Shown here in pieces: positions 49,550 through 63,500 of a stretch of DNA of 64,000 bases. Both the position numbers and the translations under genes were made by a program. The first letter of the stretch is position 1. Each line of letters begins with the position of its first letter. Source of the stretch: Callorhinchus milii (taxonomy: Eukaryota); NCBI RefSeq assembly GCF_018977255.1, contig NW_024704748.1, positions 20,336,001 to 20,400,000 of the forward strand. The letters run 5' to 3'. A model generated the notes under the pieces. The model was not told the DNA's origin. It saw nothing but the letters and a program-made list of their open reading frames with translations, and searched no databases.

Positions 49550-51882
49550 CTCTCAGGGATAGACATCTATGGCTGTAGAACAATTACAATGATTCTGGAG
49601 CACCTCCGAATAAACTACCTGCACATCTTGTATCTTTTTTTAAATTAAACTGTTGATTTTTGTTTTATAGATCACCAAAACCCACTCACCCAAATTTCAT
49701 TCTTTTCTTCGTAGATGCATACTCTCTCATGGGATTCTCCGAGTACACAATCCAACAGAACCATTACCCATTCATTTATAACACTGACTTGTTTCAAGAT
49801 AAGTTAGCATTTGCAATAATCAAATTACGGTTTATTTGAATCTGCTGTATTCTGAAGTGCTCTGTGGTAAGGTGATGTACATGAAATTCGAAAAAAGTAA
49901 AGCTGAAAATACCAGTTCAACACAAGATTCTTTAATAACTATCAAGGTCAAGAATGAATGCCATTTTTCTTTGCACAAAGGAACTGATATTGTGTTCAAT
50001 ATGTATCAATTTAATTATCAATAGAACTCATCCAATATTTAGCTGAAACAAATGTTATTTACAATGTTTTGGTCAAGAACTTTACAACTAATAGGGTATA
50101 ACCAACAAATGTTTCTTTAGTGCTTAACATACTAACATAACTAACTTGCTGTTTGCTAACAAGCGATCATAGGGGCAAATATACAAAGCTTGCAATAACT
50201 CTTAATTGCACTTACATTTTACTTTTTTTTCTTACCATTTTTTTCTCCTCTCCTGACGTCTACTCTTTCCTTGTTATTGAGGACGCAGGTCCATGGCTGT
50301 GCATTCTCTCTGGTACCTTGCCCAAGTGGGTTTTAACAGTGTGTTGATGGATTCTTCAACTGCATGCCATTCCGGCCCTCATCGACATCCATGAATGTGC
50401 ACTCCAACATGGTTCATTGGATATCAATCAAGAGTGGGTAGCTTGTTTGGTTTTGTTAGTTAGGTGCAATTGTAGTTCCCTAGCACCAGGGCCTTCACTG
50501 GTCTATACTGCTTATTTCTTTTTCAGTGGAAGAGCATTAGTACAATATTTTAAAATATGGTAAATAAACATTACTATAATCTTTTAAAAAGATTAGAAAG
50601 ATATCACAACATAATTCTAAGAACAGAATCAGTTTCATCAGAGCATCTTGATTGCAATGCAAAGATTGACATCCTTGTCAAGCTTCTAATACCCATTTAT
50701 ATCGAAATAAACAAAGAATAGGTTAGTGTACTTGTATGCATTTGAAGCATTATGTTTTGTGGTTGCAAGGTGCAGGCAAATGCGACTGCTAATTGCACTG
50801 AAGATTTACTCCTGGGGATAAACAAAATGAACAAAATTTGAATAATTTGAACAGCCAGTGTTCTTACTTTTTTAAAAAATGTGGAATTGCAATTAAACAA
50901 AGCTTCAGTGACAGTAGTTAGCTGTGTAACTCATTGAGTTGAAATTAGCACCAGAAAATTAATTTTAATATAAATTTTTATTTATAATACATTATGGGCA
51001 ATGAGTTCTACAGATCAATTGACAATACTGTACAGTAAAACAACTCGAAACAGAATAATTTATATAGTACTTTATGAACCAATATCATTCACCTGCTGCT
51101 GTCAAACAAAAAACAGCATGAGGAAATACAAAAAAGCTTGCAATGAAAGGTACATTCCAACTTTGGGAGGGGGACCCAATATAGCATTGTTGAAGAATAA
51201 AGTCTGTATGTTTTCGCCAAAGATATTTAAAAGTATCCATTGCACCTCAAAATGTTTAGCAGATTATGTCAAAACTAGTAAACTCTTAAAAAAAATTCTG
51301 TAACCTAAGAAAGCTGCTAGTATGAACTTGAATAAATTATTTTTCAGCCATGAAAAGGCTACTCAATCTTGTATTTTCATTAGTGTGTAAAGAACACAAT
51401 GCCATCACAATAGAAAAAAANGGAGAAATTGTTTAACTGAGGGATTGATTAAAAAAATAAGATTTGTTGCAAAACAAAGGTGCAACAAGGCAACTTGTTT
51501 AGAAAATAGCTAAAGGACCTAAACTTGTTCAGCATTTTTTTTAAAATGCAGGGTTCAGTAAAATTATGTAAGATTTCCCAGTCGGCAACGTTACATTATT
51601 ATGAATTAAATGTTATGCTGTCATATCAGTTTAAAGAAAGTACTTTAAAAGTAACCAAATCAAATCACATTCCTGGGTTCAATGATTGCTGATGGCATTT
51701 CCCATCAGTTTCTGCTGAGTGAAAGTGCTTTATTTTATTTTTAAAAATGTGTACATTAGTCTGCACCAGCAGCATATCACAATACCATATAACAGCACAA
51801 TTTGATAGAACCAATAATGCACAACTGCTAGATAAGAATGAGAGCACATTAACCAAGTTTGTTGATTCATACTAAGTTCTCC

Positions 51883-51999
51883 TCATGCCTCCTCTTGATC
51901 TGGAAAATTCAATATTTTGCGATGGGCCTGACGCAAATACTGTTGCTGCTTGAAATATACTTTAAAAGCTCCTTTGATGGCCACAAACGCAATACCACC
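51883..51999 (-). CDS. MARCHF5: MARCHF5 terminal exon (GGIAFVAIKGAFKVYFKQQQYLRQAHRKILNFPDQEEA*)
   Basis: 117 nt to TGA; recognisable MARCH5/MITOL C-terminus. Confidence 0.95.
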   Translation of the reverse strand, partial: GGIAFVAIKGAFKVYFKQQQYLRQAHRKILNFPDQEEA

Positions 52000-54360
52000 C
52001 TGTTTAAACAAACAAACATTTACTCCATAGTTAAAGAAATTCCAATGTTGTAAAATCATATTACTCCAAAAAGACAGTTTTACCATTCAATGTTTCTCCT
52101 TTTCTGTTTAGTTAGTGATATTGCTATAAAACTAGTCATTCAAACCTGAAAACTAAATTTGCATGGAAAATGCACACAACATTATCAATTAAACTGCCAT
52201 TTTTCAGCAACAGTAATTGTACTCAGAAGAAATTTAGTTTGTTTTGATGAGAGATTGTTACTCAAATTCACTACTGAAACGTCTAACTTTACTCTTTCTT
52301 AGTCTGTGAGACTCCTCACAGCACGGAGTATCCCCTTTTTCCTACAATCTATAGGTTTTTAAAAATAATCTTGTAAAACCTAACCACATGTTTTTTCTTG
52401 GCTTCTCTTTTTTTTCTTCTGTTCTTTTCAACCTTAATGTAAGGAACTACAGGCTCTTTATCAAGGCCTCTCAATAAAAACTACTGTGTTACCATATATT
52501 TATGAACATTAAAATCCTTTTGCTATTGAATATTCACAATTCTGAAACCCAGCACTAATGAAGTTGAATTATACAAGGTTAATACTACGTTCCCTAATTA
52601 CAGAAGTAGCAAAGGATGTTTCAGAAATTCATGGTATATTTTAAATAATTTATGGCCAGCGGAAAGGTGCTAAATGTGGATTTTATCTGAATAACTGAAG
52701 CGTTGCAAATTAATTGTTTTATTAAGTTGACTGTTGTTTATACATGTAGTTTGTTTCATCATATTTGTTGCACTGTCTGGATGTATTTCAGTAGTACGAT
52801 TTGCACCCACAGATAAACTCTATATTCAATGTCTTTCCATCAACGATCTTATATTCTAAATTATTCAAAATATAACCTGCATTTCCAAAGCATTTTTGCT
52901 GCACTTGTGATAAACGAACGCAGTAATGACTTTATATAATTGAACTTAACTATTAATATATCTTAGATGTTTTCTTAATAGTCACTGATAAGGGAACATA
53001 TGCAGTCTAAAAATCCTTGCACACAAAGACAAACGTAAAAAGAAAAATTACTTGCCAGCAATTGTCTTCTTTTTTTATATCATCCTCCACAGACTATATT
53101 AAGTCTAAGATTTGGACTTTGGGTTTTTGAAATGGACATGTCCTCTTTAAGAAATTCCTATACCACATACCACCAAATTGTGGGTCAATTCTTTATGAAT
53201 GCAAGTCCTGGGGGATTAATTGGAGGGTCCTCAATGTGAGGGGGATGTCATCATGCTGAACTAATGAGGAAAGCCTAACCCTGCTGGTAATTGTTCTTTC
53301 TTCATCACTCAACCTTCAGCATACACTGCAAGATGCTACCAGTGCTTTAAGATCTGGAGGTGAAAGTACCTGGAGGAATAACCAAATCACCAGCACTAGG
53401 TGTAGAAAGTTTCCAGCTATGCTTTGTAAATGTAGAAGGAGCTTTCCAAGTTGTAGCCTGACGAATGCTATTTCTTGAAACATTTTTCAGAGTTCTTTCC
53501 ATTCAATAGTTTCAGAGGTGAGGGAGGCACTAGTTACCATGGTAAACTAAAGAGGGGCAGGCCACAATGGAACTTCTTGGAGAACATTGTTCCCTATGGT
53601 CCAGCCTTGAGTATTCTCAAATCACATTTGGTTGATAGTGACTGGTCAATATAGAAAGCCCCTGTGAGGGAATCGCTATTTGTAGAGGTTCAACTGAAGA
53701 TATTAGATATTTAGTCTGGGGTAAGGGTCTACAAACATAGACATAGTCATGAGACTTAGGATATTTTAATAGAACTCTGTTTGGGTTATAGATTCTTAAT
53801 GAAGTGATGACATCAGTAGAATAGAAAAGGGGTCTTGAAATACAAATAATTTTCTCGGCTGTGCACAAATAGGGCTCCTCTGTAGGTTGTGACCCACAAG
53901 AGATTCCAAATGAAGTTGTGTGTAATTGATCAGGAACCAGTTACTGGAGGATTTGATAGATTGTCACCTTGCTCTGTTTCTGACATGGAGCTCTCATGAA
54001 TCAGTTGTCTAAAAACGGGTAGGTTTATGTGAAGAGACACATGCAACCCTTGAAATGGAACCCAAGACACTTCCTGTGGACTCTGAAGATGGTGATACAA
54101 AAGTATCCTTCAAAACTATTGCTGACAGCTCGTCTTGAGCAGTAATCCAATCTTGAATTTCTCTAACAAAAAAACTGTTACAAGGGTATTACATGATTGA
54201 TTAGGAATTTCTTAAAGGAGAATCATCCCTTTGGACATTCCTAAAGTCTGTATCTAGGTGGAGAGAATTCTACAGTGTCTAGCAGAAGCTGAGAATGCAT
54301 AAATTATTTTGATCTTTAGCAGCAGATTCTATAGTGAAGATTTTTTGAAAGACTTCTCAC

Positions 54361-54527
54361 CAAAATTGTCCTTTGCAGGTTTGAGTTGACACTGCTGAAC
54401 ATAAGTTTACCAACTATAGTTGCAATGGTAGGGAACACCAGAGCCCCACAAAGAATGCGAGTGGCTGACACATGATCTGCAAGTGGACTGGCCTCAGCTG
54501 GAATTCGAGGAACAGGACTGCCTATTC
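54361..54527 (-). CDS. MARCHF5: MARCHF5 exon 5 (IGSPVPRIPAEASPLADHVSATRILCGALVFPTIATIVGKLMFSSVNSNLQRTIL)
   Basis: 167 nt, canonical sites. Confidence 0.95.
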
Positions 54528-55649
54528 CTATAAAGATAAAAAGAGGAAGATCATTAAAAGAAAAATCACGTTATCATCTAATCAGTTCCATTTTTAAGGA
54601 AGGGAGGAATGGCAAGCACACACTCTGCTTATAGTGAGAACTTCAAATATTTTCTGATGGGCAAGCGTTGTTTAGTTAAGCAATCAGCAATACTGTGGGA
54701 TAATCATGAAAGAACTAGTCCAGGTTTTTCCATCTCTTTGTAATGATACCCAAGAAAGAGTGTCTATGCACTGCATGTGACCAGAACACGACCCAAAGTA
54801 CAAAAAAATTAAACCGTTTCAAATACAAAAGTGTTTTTCTCAAACCCTTTTTATTTATTTTAATCTATTATTCCAAATATCTAACACAATGTAAGTTACT
54901 ACATTTATCTTTCACGACTCCTTAAACATAGCGTACCATTTAGGAAGTTGAACACCAGGTTTATTCCACAAGTGAAATTGACCTCATAATTCACAAATGA
55001 TGAACGGCTTCCTATGCAGTATTCTATTTATACAATATATCTGTTCCAATTTCTCATTCCTTAGCTTAACAACTAAAATTAACTTACCTTTTGCCAGTAG
55101 GTTAGTAGATCACTATAAAATAGTACCATGGTTGCTATGATAACAGGTACAATGATCATGAATTCTGAGAGCCAGTGTGAAGATATTTATTTCATTGTCA
55201 GCTATGCAGCAGAAACATGCTTTGTTTGTGCTACTCACACAATATGAAGCTCCTCAGCAGCAGTTTATAAGAATTAAGTTTCTATGGTTACAGTTGCATG
55301 CTTGCTGACACTAACTAGGCTCTCACAGCTCATTTTATTTATTTTCTGTTCGTGGCTTGCTAATTCCACACATTGTTATAAGACATTATTTGCATAAAGG
55401 TTATGAAGAAACATCCAAAATACCATTAAAATATTTATTGTGACTTATTAAAACTTAATATTTTACATTAAAATTAGCTAAATACTGGCAACCTATAACA
55501 ACAATATGGCAACTAACATTTCTTAAGCCTTTTTTTAAAGAAACTATGTGAATTTGTTTCAATTAAAAGTATCATTCATTAAATCTCTACAGGTATCTGA
55601 AACATAATCCAATTACTCGGAAATGAGCTGCGAGATGTAATTAGATTAC

Positions 55650-55833
55650 CTGGAAATATGCTGTTTAAAATCTGTAATTTAGTCGAATACTTTCGCCACA
55701 GTCTCAGCACGTAGTCTTCCCAACGAATCATCTTGCCTAAAATCAGCATAACTGGAATAGTTGGAAGTCCAATCAAAAGAAACAGAGGGTCAGCTCTCTC
55801 CATGATATCCAGGCCTTCCTTGTGTCCTACAAC
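55650..55833 (-). CDS. MARCHF5: MARCHF5 exon 4 (VVGHKEGLDIMERADPLFLLIGLPTIPVMLILGKMIRWEDYVLRLWRKY...IFP)
   Basis: 184 nt, canonical sites. Confidence 0.96.
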
Positions 55834-56527
55834 CTTAGAAATGCAAACAAAAAATCCATATTACCCATTACAGTATTTGACTCAAAAATTACACAGAATA
55901 GAGCAAACACTTGAAAGAAACATGGATATAATTAGTGCAGATTTTAATTTTCAAAGTTAAACAGGTTTCACAACTGGCCAGTTTCTGTATGTAAAATTGC
56001 TCTAAGATTCTATGTTTCCAACTAGATGTTCTTTTATTGTAATTACAGTATTTGAAAAAAACTGTCATAAAACATATATAAAAAGCAAAGGAAGAAGAAG
56101 AATAAAATAATAACCCTTACATTTGATATTGCACCTTTCACGCCAGGAGGATGTCTCAAAGCACTTCACAGGATTTACTGTAAAGTGGAGTGACTCTGTG
56201 TTTTTTGTGGGCAAACATATAAAAGATTTTATGTGCATATTAAGTCCACGTAAACCTTGCTTAACTAATTGTAAGGGCTGAGAATTGAGTCAAAATATAC
56301 CATAGTTCAGGTTCAAAACCATTCCACTCATACTGATACTGACCAAATATAGTATTATGAGATTTTAAAAAGAAAACCTGTAACCTAAGAATGTTTATAA
56401 ATTAAAGTGTGTATATCCAAATTTCAAATTTATTTTGACCTCTGCACAATATTTGCAAAACCACAAACACATAATCAAAGAAAAACAAAATAATTATATA
56501 CCAATATGCTCCTTTTCAATCAATTAC

Positions 56528-56658
56528 CTGCATAACAGTCACAGCTCCATAGGTGACCGCTGTCCAGTAGATAGAACCCACCATGATTCCAGCTGCAGCA
56601 AATGGACATGCTTTAGAGATGAGGCGGTCTGCCAGGTCCAAAACATAAACAACTGGAC
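56528..56658 (-). CDS. MARCHF5: MARCHF5 exon 3 (PVVYVLDLADRLISKACPFAAAGIMVGSIYWTAVTYGAVTVMQ); exons 1-2 lie beyond the window
   Basis: 131 nt, canonical sites. Confidence 0.96.
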
Positions 56659-56937
56659 CTAAAAGGGCAAAAAAACTTTAGTTAGGAACTGCAATAAAGT
56701 TCACCTCTTTAACTGTAATAATAGATGAATTTCTGTGAAGCTTAGGTTTAGGAAAATACATTAATATATTTCTGTACAGTAGTTATGCTAGTGAAGCTAA
56801 TTGTCAACAAATGTTTTGGTTTTATTTTTCCCGGAGGAGTTTTGTTTCCTGGCAGCTAATTAACATTGAATAATAATCCTTGAATTTGATATAATGCTTT
56901 ATCACGTCTTTGAGACATCCCAAAGTTCATCACACGA

Positions 56938-57796
56938 TACAACAACAACAAAATTACATTTATAGAGCGCCATTTATGTCGGAAGGATGTGGTGTAGGGG
57001 TGAGGGAAGGCAGAGAGGTGGGAGGGAAACCAAAGGCCCGGTCGAAGAGAAGGGTCTTGAAGGAGGCAAGGGAAGAAGCAAGGCGAAGGGACCGTGGGAT
57101 GGAGATCCAGAGTGTGGGGGCAGAGAGGCTGAAAGCCCGGCCACCGATGGTAGGGTGGGAGACATGGAGCAGGCTGGAGCTCGACGAACGGAGGGAGTGG
57201 ACAGGATGGTAGGGAGTCAGCAAGTCAGAGAGGTGGGAGGAAGGTGAGGACGAGGATCTTGAACTCGGTCCTCTGGGGGATGGGGAGCCAGTGGAGTCGG
57301 GCGAGGGTGGGAGCAATGGGGTCACGGAGTCTGGTGCATGAGAGTACATGAGCTGCAGAGTTTTGGATAATCTGCAGCTTGTGATGGGAAAGGTTGGGAA
57401 GGCCGATGAGGAGGGAGTTCCCGTAATCAAGCCTTGATGTGACGAATGCGTGGGTGAGGGTTTCAGCAGCCTGAAGGATGAGGCAGTGATGGAGTTTGGC
57501 AATGTTGCGGAGGTGGTGATAGACAGTGCCGGTCATGGCACGGATGTGGGGGAGAAAGGAACAGTTCAGGGTCAAACAAGATACCCAGGTTCCTGTCTGG
57601 CTTAGTGAGGTTGAGTGTGCAGCCATGGAGGCTGATGCTGCCAGCGCCTGAGGTGCGGAGACGTTGGCGTGAGCCAATCAAGAGGGCCTCGGTCTTGCTG
57701 ACGTTGAGTTGGAGAAAGTTGGCCCTCGTCCAGGACTTGATGTCAGACAGGCAGTCAGTCAGGACGCCAGTTGTCCTGGAGTTCAGGGTGGAGGCT
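56938..57796 (-). mobile_element. L2 LINE 3' fragment
   Basis: AETLTHAFVTSRLDYGNSLL, QIIQNSAA and LARLHWLP motifs; (GTT)n tail. Confidence 0.9.
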
Positions 57797-57804
57797 GTAT
57801 ACAG

Positions 57805-58018
57805 TCAAGTAGATTGACTCTGTATTTTGAGGGCAAAACGTGGCAGGCAGCCTGTTTGTGCACCACATTGTCCTACAAACAATCATGGAGTGGGTGACCA
57901 ATTTTACTTGGTGGATTTGTTAGCAACAACACTGGGAGAAACTCCCTTCTCTTTTCTAATAATACCATGCGATTTTTAACAGGGAGACAAGACTTCGGTT
58001 TAACGTCTCATCTGAAAG
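57805..58018 (-). mobile_element. Old Deu-domain SINE (AmnSINE1/SacSINE1-like) fragment
   Basis: Reverse complement reads CTTTCAGATGAGACGTTAAACCGA...GGGAGTTTCTCCCAGTGT, resembling the Deu core as recalled from memory. Confidence 0.6.
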
Positions 58019-59509
58019 TAAAATTGTTCTTTGATCACTGCTAATGTAACTAAACCATTAAACCACAAAAGTTAATTACACTAACACTACAAGGTGTCCT
58101 GTGAGTCAAATGAAAACATTTTTTTTGATGAATGCGCTGAATATTAGATCTCATTAAATGTTGCAAAGGTTTCAGTAAATGGGCTGAATCAGAAAATTTG
58201 ATACAGGGCATTATAGACATCAACAGGTAGATTACTGATAGTATTTGCTCATTCTCCCAGTTCAGGTAACACTGAAGAAATAGGGTGTTGCTTATTCCTC
58301 TTAGATATGAATTACATTGCTATTGTGTACATATGCCATGGAAAATGAACTTGCAAAATCATCGACTCTTGATTTGAGCAACAAAAAAAATCAGGATATA
58401 TGGGTCATTTCTTCTCCTTTGTGCTTGAGACAGTTACTGCAGGTGTAATTTCACATGTTCCAAATTCAATAGAATATTACATAATTAGATAAAACATTCT
58501 GCTGAGGATTTTTAACACTTGACTAAATCATAAACATTTCTTCTCTGACTAGATTCCCGTCTCTTCCAAGACACAATATCCAAATAATTCTCCCTTTGTC
58601 TCCCTGTGTGTAGCCCTCACTTTTGGTCACCCGCAATAGTGATATCCTCTTTAGATAAAAACCCACAGATAATTGGAGGAATTATGCTTAATTACATGCT
58701 ACCTTGCTAAATCTTTATTTTTTCAATGCAGTTGCTCCACTATTTTCACTCATTATTCTATACTTATTGACAAAGTATCACTAATATACAGCAAAAATAA
58801 GCAGTTTCTGCAGGAAAAAATAGTACAATAATAATTTCCAAAAAACAAGTTTCTTCAAGAGTAGAAGGGAACTGAACAAAAGCATCCCATTTCAATCTGG
58901 ATCATCAGGAAGTCAATAGGAAGGCATTTACCATGTGATAGTATGCAGTGTGAAGGTAATTCTGAGATGGAGTGTGAAAATATAGCGTATTATGAAGGCT
59001 TGTATATCTTTGTGCTAAACCCCAATAGGGCTGCTCTACATCACCAGGAAGGATATTTTGGAACTGAGGCAATTAAACAACCCCAAATATGTATAATAAG
59101 GCAGAAAAGTATTGTGATATTTTACTAAAATACAATGGAACCCAAATGATCAAGTAGCTTAACAAATTCCTCCTGACAGTGTGGGACTCAATTAAAAGTC
59201 TCAGTTAATTGGAAGAAAGGCATAATCATTCTTTGACTGATAGAGGTCATCAAAAGTAGCATACTCATGATGACGATATCTCCTACTTGATTTTAAAGAC
59301 AAACAGTGACCTCTTCACTGCATACAGATTATAAACCTATGAGGGCAATGGTCAGAAAAACCTGTGACCTTGAGCAGGTCAACACCCTTACTGAACATAA
59401 TGTTGGCCATCTAGCTCTAATAATATAGTAAAACTCATTTGAAGGACAAAGGTTGTGGGTTCATGTCACATCTCAGGACTTTTAGTTCACAGACATTGAA
59501 GGACAACAT

Positions 59510-59630
59510 GCCTGATAATGCAGCACTCCAATACTTCATTGGAGTGTCAGCATAGACTGTGAGGCTCAAAGTTTTGACATGGAGTTTGAGCCTACAACCT
59601 TCTGACTCGGAGACAAGAGTGCAACCAACA
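59510..59630 (-). mobile_element. Old Deu-SINE 5' fragment
   Basis: Reverse complement contains GAGTCAGAAGGTTGTAGGCTCAAACTCC...GCTGACACTCCAATGAAGTATTGGAGTGCTG. Confidence 0.55.
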
Positions 59631-60091
59631 ATCCATCCAATAAAAAAAGTAATTCACTTCATGGTGTGTAGGACACTTCTATGCATAAATTAACTGTCAT
59701 GTGCACCTACAAATAGTCACTACACTTTACAGAAGTAAAGTACTGTGAAGTGTTTTGAGACTTCTGACGTCACAGGACACAATATCAAATGCAAGGATTA
59801 TTTTTAATAACCTGAATGACAACATTGTAGAAAGCATAGACTATTTGTTTTCTACAAAGAGTGGGAAAGTCAGAGGATGTCATTCAAAATATTCTGGCAG
59901 TTGATTCTTGTGCAGCACTGGGGAGTACCTGCTAATAGCAAGCAGCCTCCTCCTTGCACCCTGAGCTGAAGAATGGTTTGTGATCTGTGATCCAGAAATA
60001 AGAAAATATTGGATAAAAAAAGCATACAGGTGATTTGTATTGCAGGTCCAATTGCTAAATGAATGAATAAACAGGTTGAGGTAAAAATACA

Positions 60092-60567
60092 TACAGTTCC
60101 TATCCACTTACATGTTGGGGACTATTTGAGTTTTGCCGATATAGGTAGTTTGTCAACATAGGGGGTCACAAGCAGACAATAGTTATTCTGTAGTTACAAT
60201 TTCTGAACTATGCATTACATGCATTTTCATTGATTTATTTTTAAAAAGTTATACACTTAATTAAAATTCCTGAACCATTTATTTATGTGCATTTTCGACA
60301 AAAAATTAATTAACTTATTTAGAAAAATAGTAAAAAAAAGTAATTTAAGAGTATATTGTTGACAAAAGTGGTAATAAAACACGGTCTTTAGTACTGTTAG
60401 GGATCTAAAAAATTTATCAACATAAGTTGCCTGAGTTTATGTTGACCTCGACATAGACGGTAAGATTGTATTATTAATGTGCGGAGAAGTAACCAGGACT
60501 TTACTGTTTTGTAGATATAAGCGGGATGTCGACATAAACAGGTTTGAGATAACTGGGCAGGACTGTA
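60092..60567. mobile_element. Probable Tc1/mariner-pogo (Tigger-like) non-autonomous DNA transposon
   Basis: TA-flanked imperfect TIRs CAGTTCCTATCCACTTA / CAGTCCTGCCCAGTTA; repeated internal CGACATA-like motifs. Confidence 0.5.
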
Positions 60568-63500
60568 TTACAAATAAGTTACTTCGCTTTATATGCAATC
60601 TGCAATATCTCTAGCCAAGCAAACAAGTTTTTGGTAAACTAGTCAAGCATCATAAAAGTTTGACTACATTTACCCACAACATCCTAGACAAGGTCACATT
60701 TTGCCCCCTGCACAATGTTGTTCCACAGTGGTTAATCATTTTTTAAAAAGCAAATAAGAATCTTGGGGTCAGAGTTTGTTGATTTTTTTTTACAAAACTC
60801 AATTCCCTAATATCCATTAACTCATGAACAAGATCTTTCCTAGTTGAAGCCTGCTGTTTTGTACAGAAAGAATACCATGACGTTCCCCCTGATGTGAAAG
60901 GCACTATACAAATGTAATTTTGTTGTTGTTGTTCATGTCCACTGGGTATGACATTCTACAAAAATACACATGGATTTCTGTCACAAGGTATGAAAGTTAT
61001 CAAGAACATTTATGGTTCAAATATAAATACTAAATCTAATCTCTCTACATATAGAGCGCATATGTACATTAGTTCAGCATATAGTTTCATGTATGCTGAA
61101 CTAATGCTATTTAATTCCATCCAGTAGGGGTCACAGAGAGCCTAAAGAGCTAACATTGCTTCCTGATGCTCACTGAAAAACAAACACATGACTCATCACA
61201 TTTATCCAATTTCCTATCTCGAAGCCGAGTCTTTATTCTAAAGTCTTGATAAAATTGTTAACGAATTGTATTGGCTCCTTACAATGGATTGCAAAACAAA
61301 TTATAAGATATTTAATAAGTAGGAAAATGAAAATATCCTGGACTGGGTTTGTACAACTATAAATACATTCAAAAAAAGTAAATCAGTGATAGTTTTACAA
61401 TGAATCAGCAGTATATACATAACAAAACATTATATTTTATTCCCCTCCTCACTACGAGAGCATAAACTGAGCCACAATGAAATCTGCTTAGCTCAATTTT
61501 TCCACAGTATATTTTTCAATTAAACCAACAAAAATTAGGGAATGCCTACAAAAATAATGTATTTAGTTTATCGTAAATGATTGTGAAACTAAACAAATAA
61601 TTTCCAATGTACCTGTTCCCAAAAATAGAAAAGTTACAATATTCAATAGGATATTCATCTCTCACCTCTTCAGCCTATAACAGAGGCCTTGCAAAAATTT
61701 CAGCTTCTTAGAATGAGAATATATTTAAGACAAAATGTTTGCAAGTCTTCTGTGCTTACAAAAAAAAGCCTAATTTCAACAATTATATTACTGCATAATA
61801 CTCCTAAATTCACTGGGTCTATCTGAATTAATAATATTAATTCTTGCATTTGGTATAGCACCTTATTACATCAGAAGACGTTTTTGTTGGCAAACGTGGT
61901 AAATTTTGCAAATGTATCAAAGACAGACTCCAACTACCAGAGATATCTCCGCATATTACACAGTAGAGCAAGTACAGCTTATTGTTCTTTCTCTATAATG
62001 AAATCTGGCACTGCGTGTTATCTCACATTATACTTTCAGCTCAAAAAGTGGGTCACACTTTGATAAGGATAGTGCGTGATGCCATCAAACTCCAATCAGT
62101 ATTCTGGCTCCTATGTTTCAATATTTAAAATAAAGGAAGATACGGCAAACAAGATTAAACATGACATGAAGTTTTTCAATTGGTAAAAAAGAAAAAAAGT
62201 TTGTTTAAAAATGTATTATATTTTGATCAAGCCACGTGAAAATATTTTATTCTGTGAGATGCTAAATCTGAAAATATCAAAATGTATCCATAAGTTATTT
62301 GAATATCCTAAAATGACTGGAAAGGTAGTGAAATGCCTTACTATCGTAATCCCCTTATTCTACTATGTTCTCAGTTTTGTTACAATCAATGTTGTTCTCT
62401 CCTCATTCTTCTCTGTCCAGTTTATGAAATCATGTTTTGGACTGAGAGAAAATTCTGAAAAACCATCTTCTTTTAAAAAAAGGCTTGAAAATGCACTTTT
62501 GGGAGGTTTTCAACATTAAAAAGGTATAAATGTGCTTATAACACATCCCTACACCATTATATTTTCTAGCTATCAGTTTTTCCCCGAGAAGGCACCCTGT
62601 GTGTAGGGCGCTTATATAAATACAATTTGTTATTTTTTCCATTCTAGGTGTTCCTTAAGGGTGTTAATTGAAGATAAACTCAAAATATATTTTTTAAGTG
62701 GTCAGTTTGAAGGCAGGGAGAGAAGCAACAATGCAAAGTGATCTAGGAAGAGAGTTCCAGTTAACAAGGGCTGAAAGCTAGGTCTTCAATTGCAGGTCAG
62801 AAGGAGTGAGGAACAAGAAGCAGACCAGAGTTGTACTCCTGAAGCAAACTGTAAAATTGCATCAAATTCCTTTTAGAACTTCCTGTAAAATATATGAATC
62901 TGAACAAACCAATTTTATTCACTTTTTTTTAAGTAGACAATGTTGCTGATACATCATTAGAATAATGTACCAAGGACAACAATAAAGAGTAACCTTCAGC
63001 TAAATTCCAACACCAGAACTGCTGAGTTTTATTTTCCCAACCCTCCACTGTCCCTCGGGCACTGCTAGTTTCACTGCTAGGCATCCAGTTTATTTAGCTC
63101 AGCAGGACAGCTGACCCTGCAAACTGAACACTTCCTGCCAAACAGTCCAGACCCACCCCTTCTCTGTAATCATTGTGTAAAGTACTTAATAAACAATTCA
63201 AATACTACACACATCTTTATAGAAATACAGAATCATACCTTAATGCTGTAAAATATCAATGATAATGGTAAACAATATAAATCAATATTTTTGCAACCTG
63301 GATATCACAATCAGGACATTTATGATTTTAATTCAACAGAAGATGGATGATTTTACCTGACCACAATTTTAAAAAATATCAGGATTGGACCTGGTGCCAT
63401 CATAGTACATTAAATGAATCCTCAAATTAAATTTTAATTAGATTTTCCTTCAGTTGCTTTTAATAATGAGCCAGGTTAATAAATTGCAAATAACGCTGGA

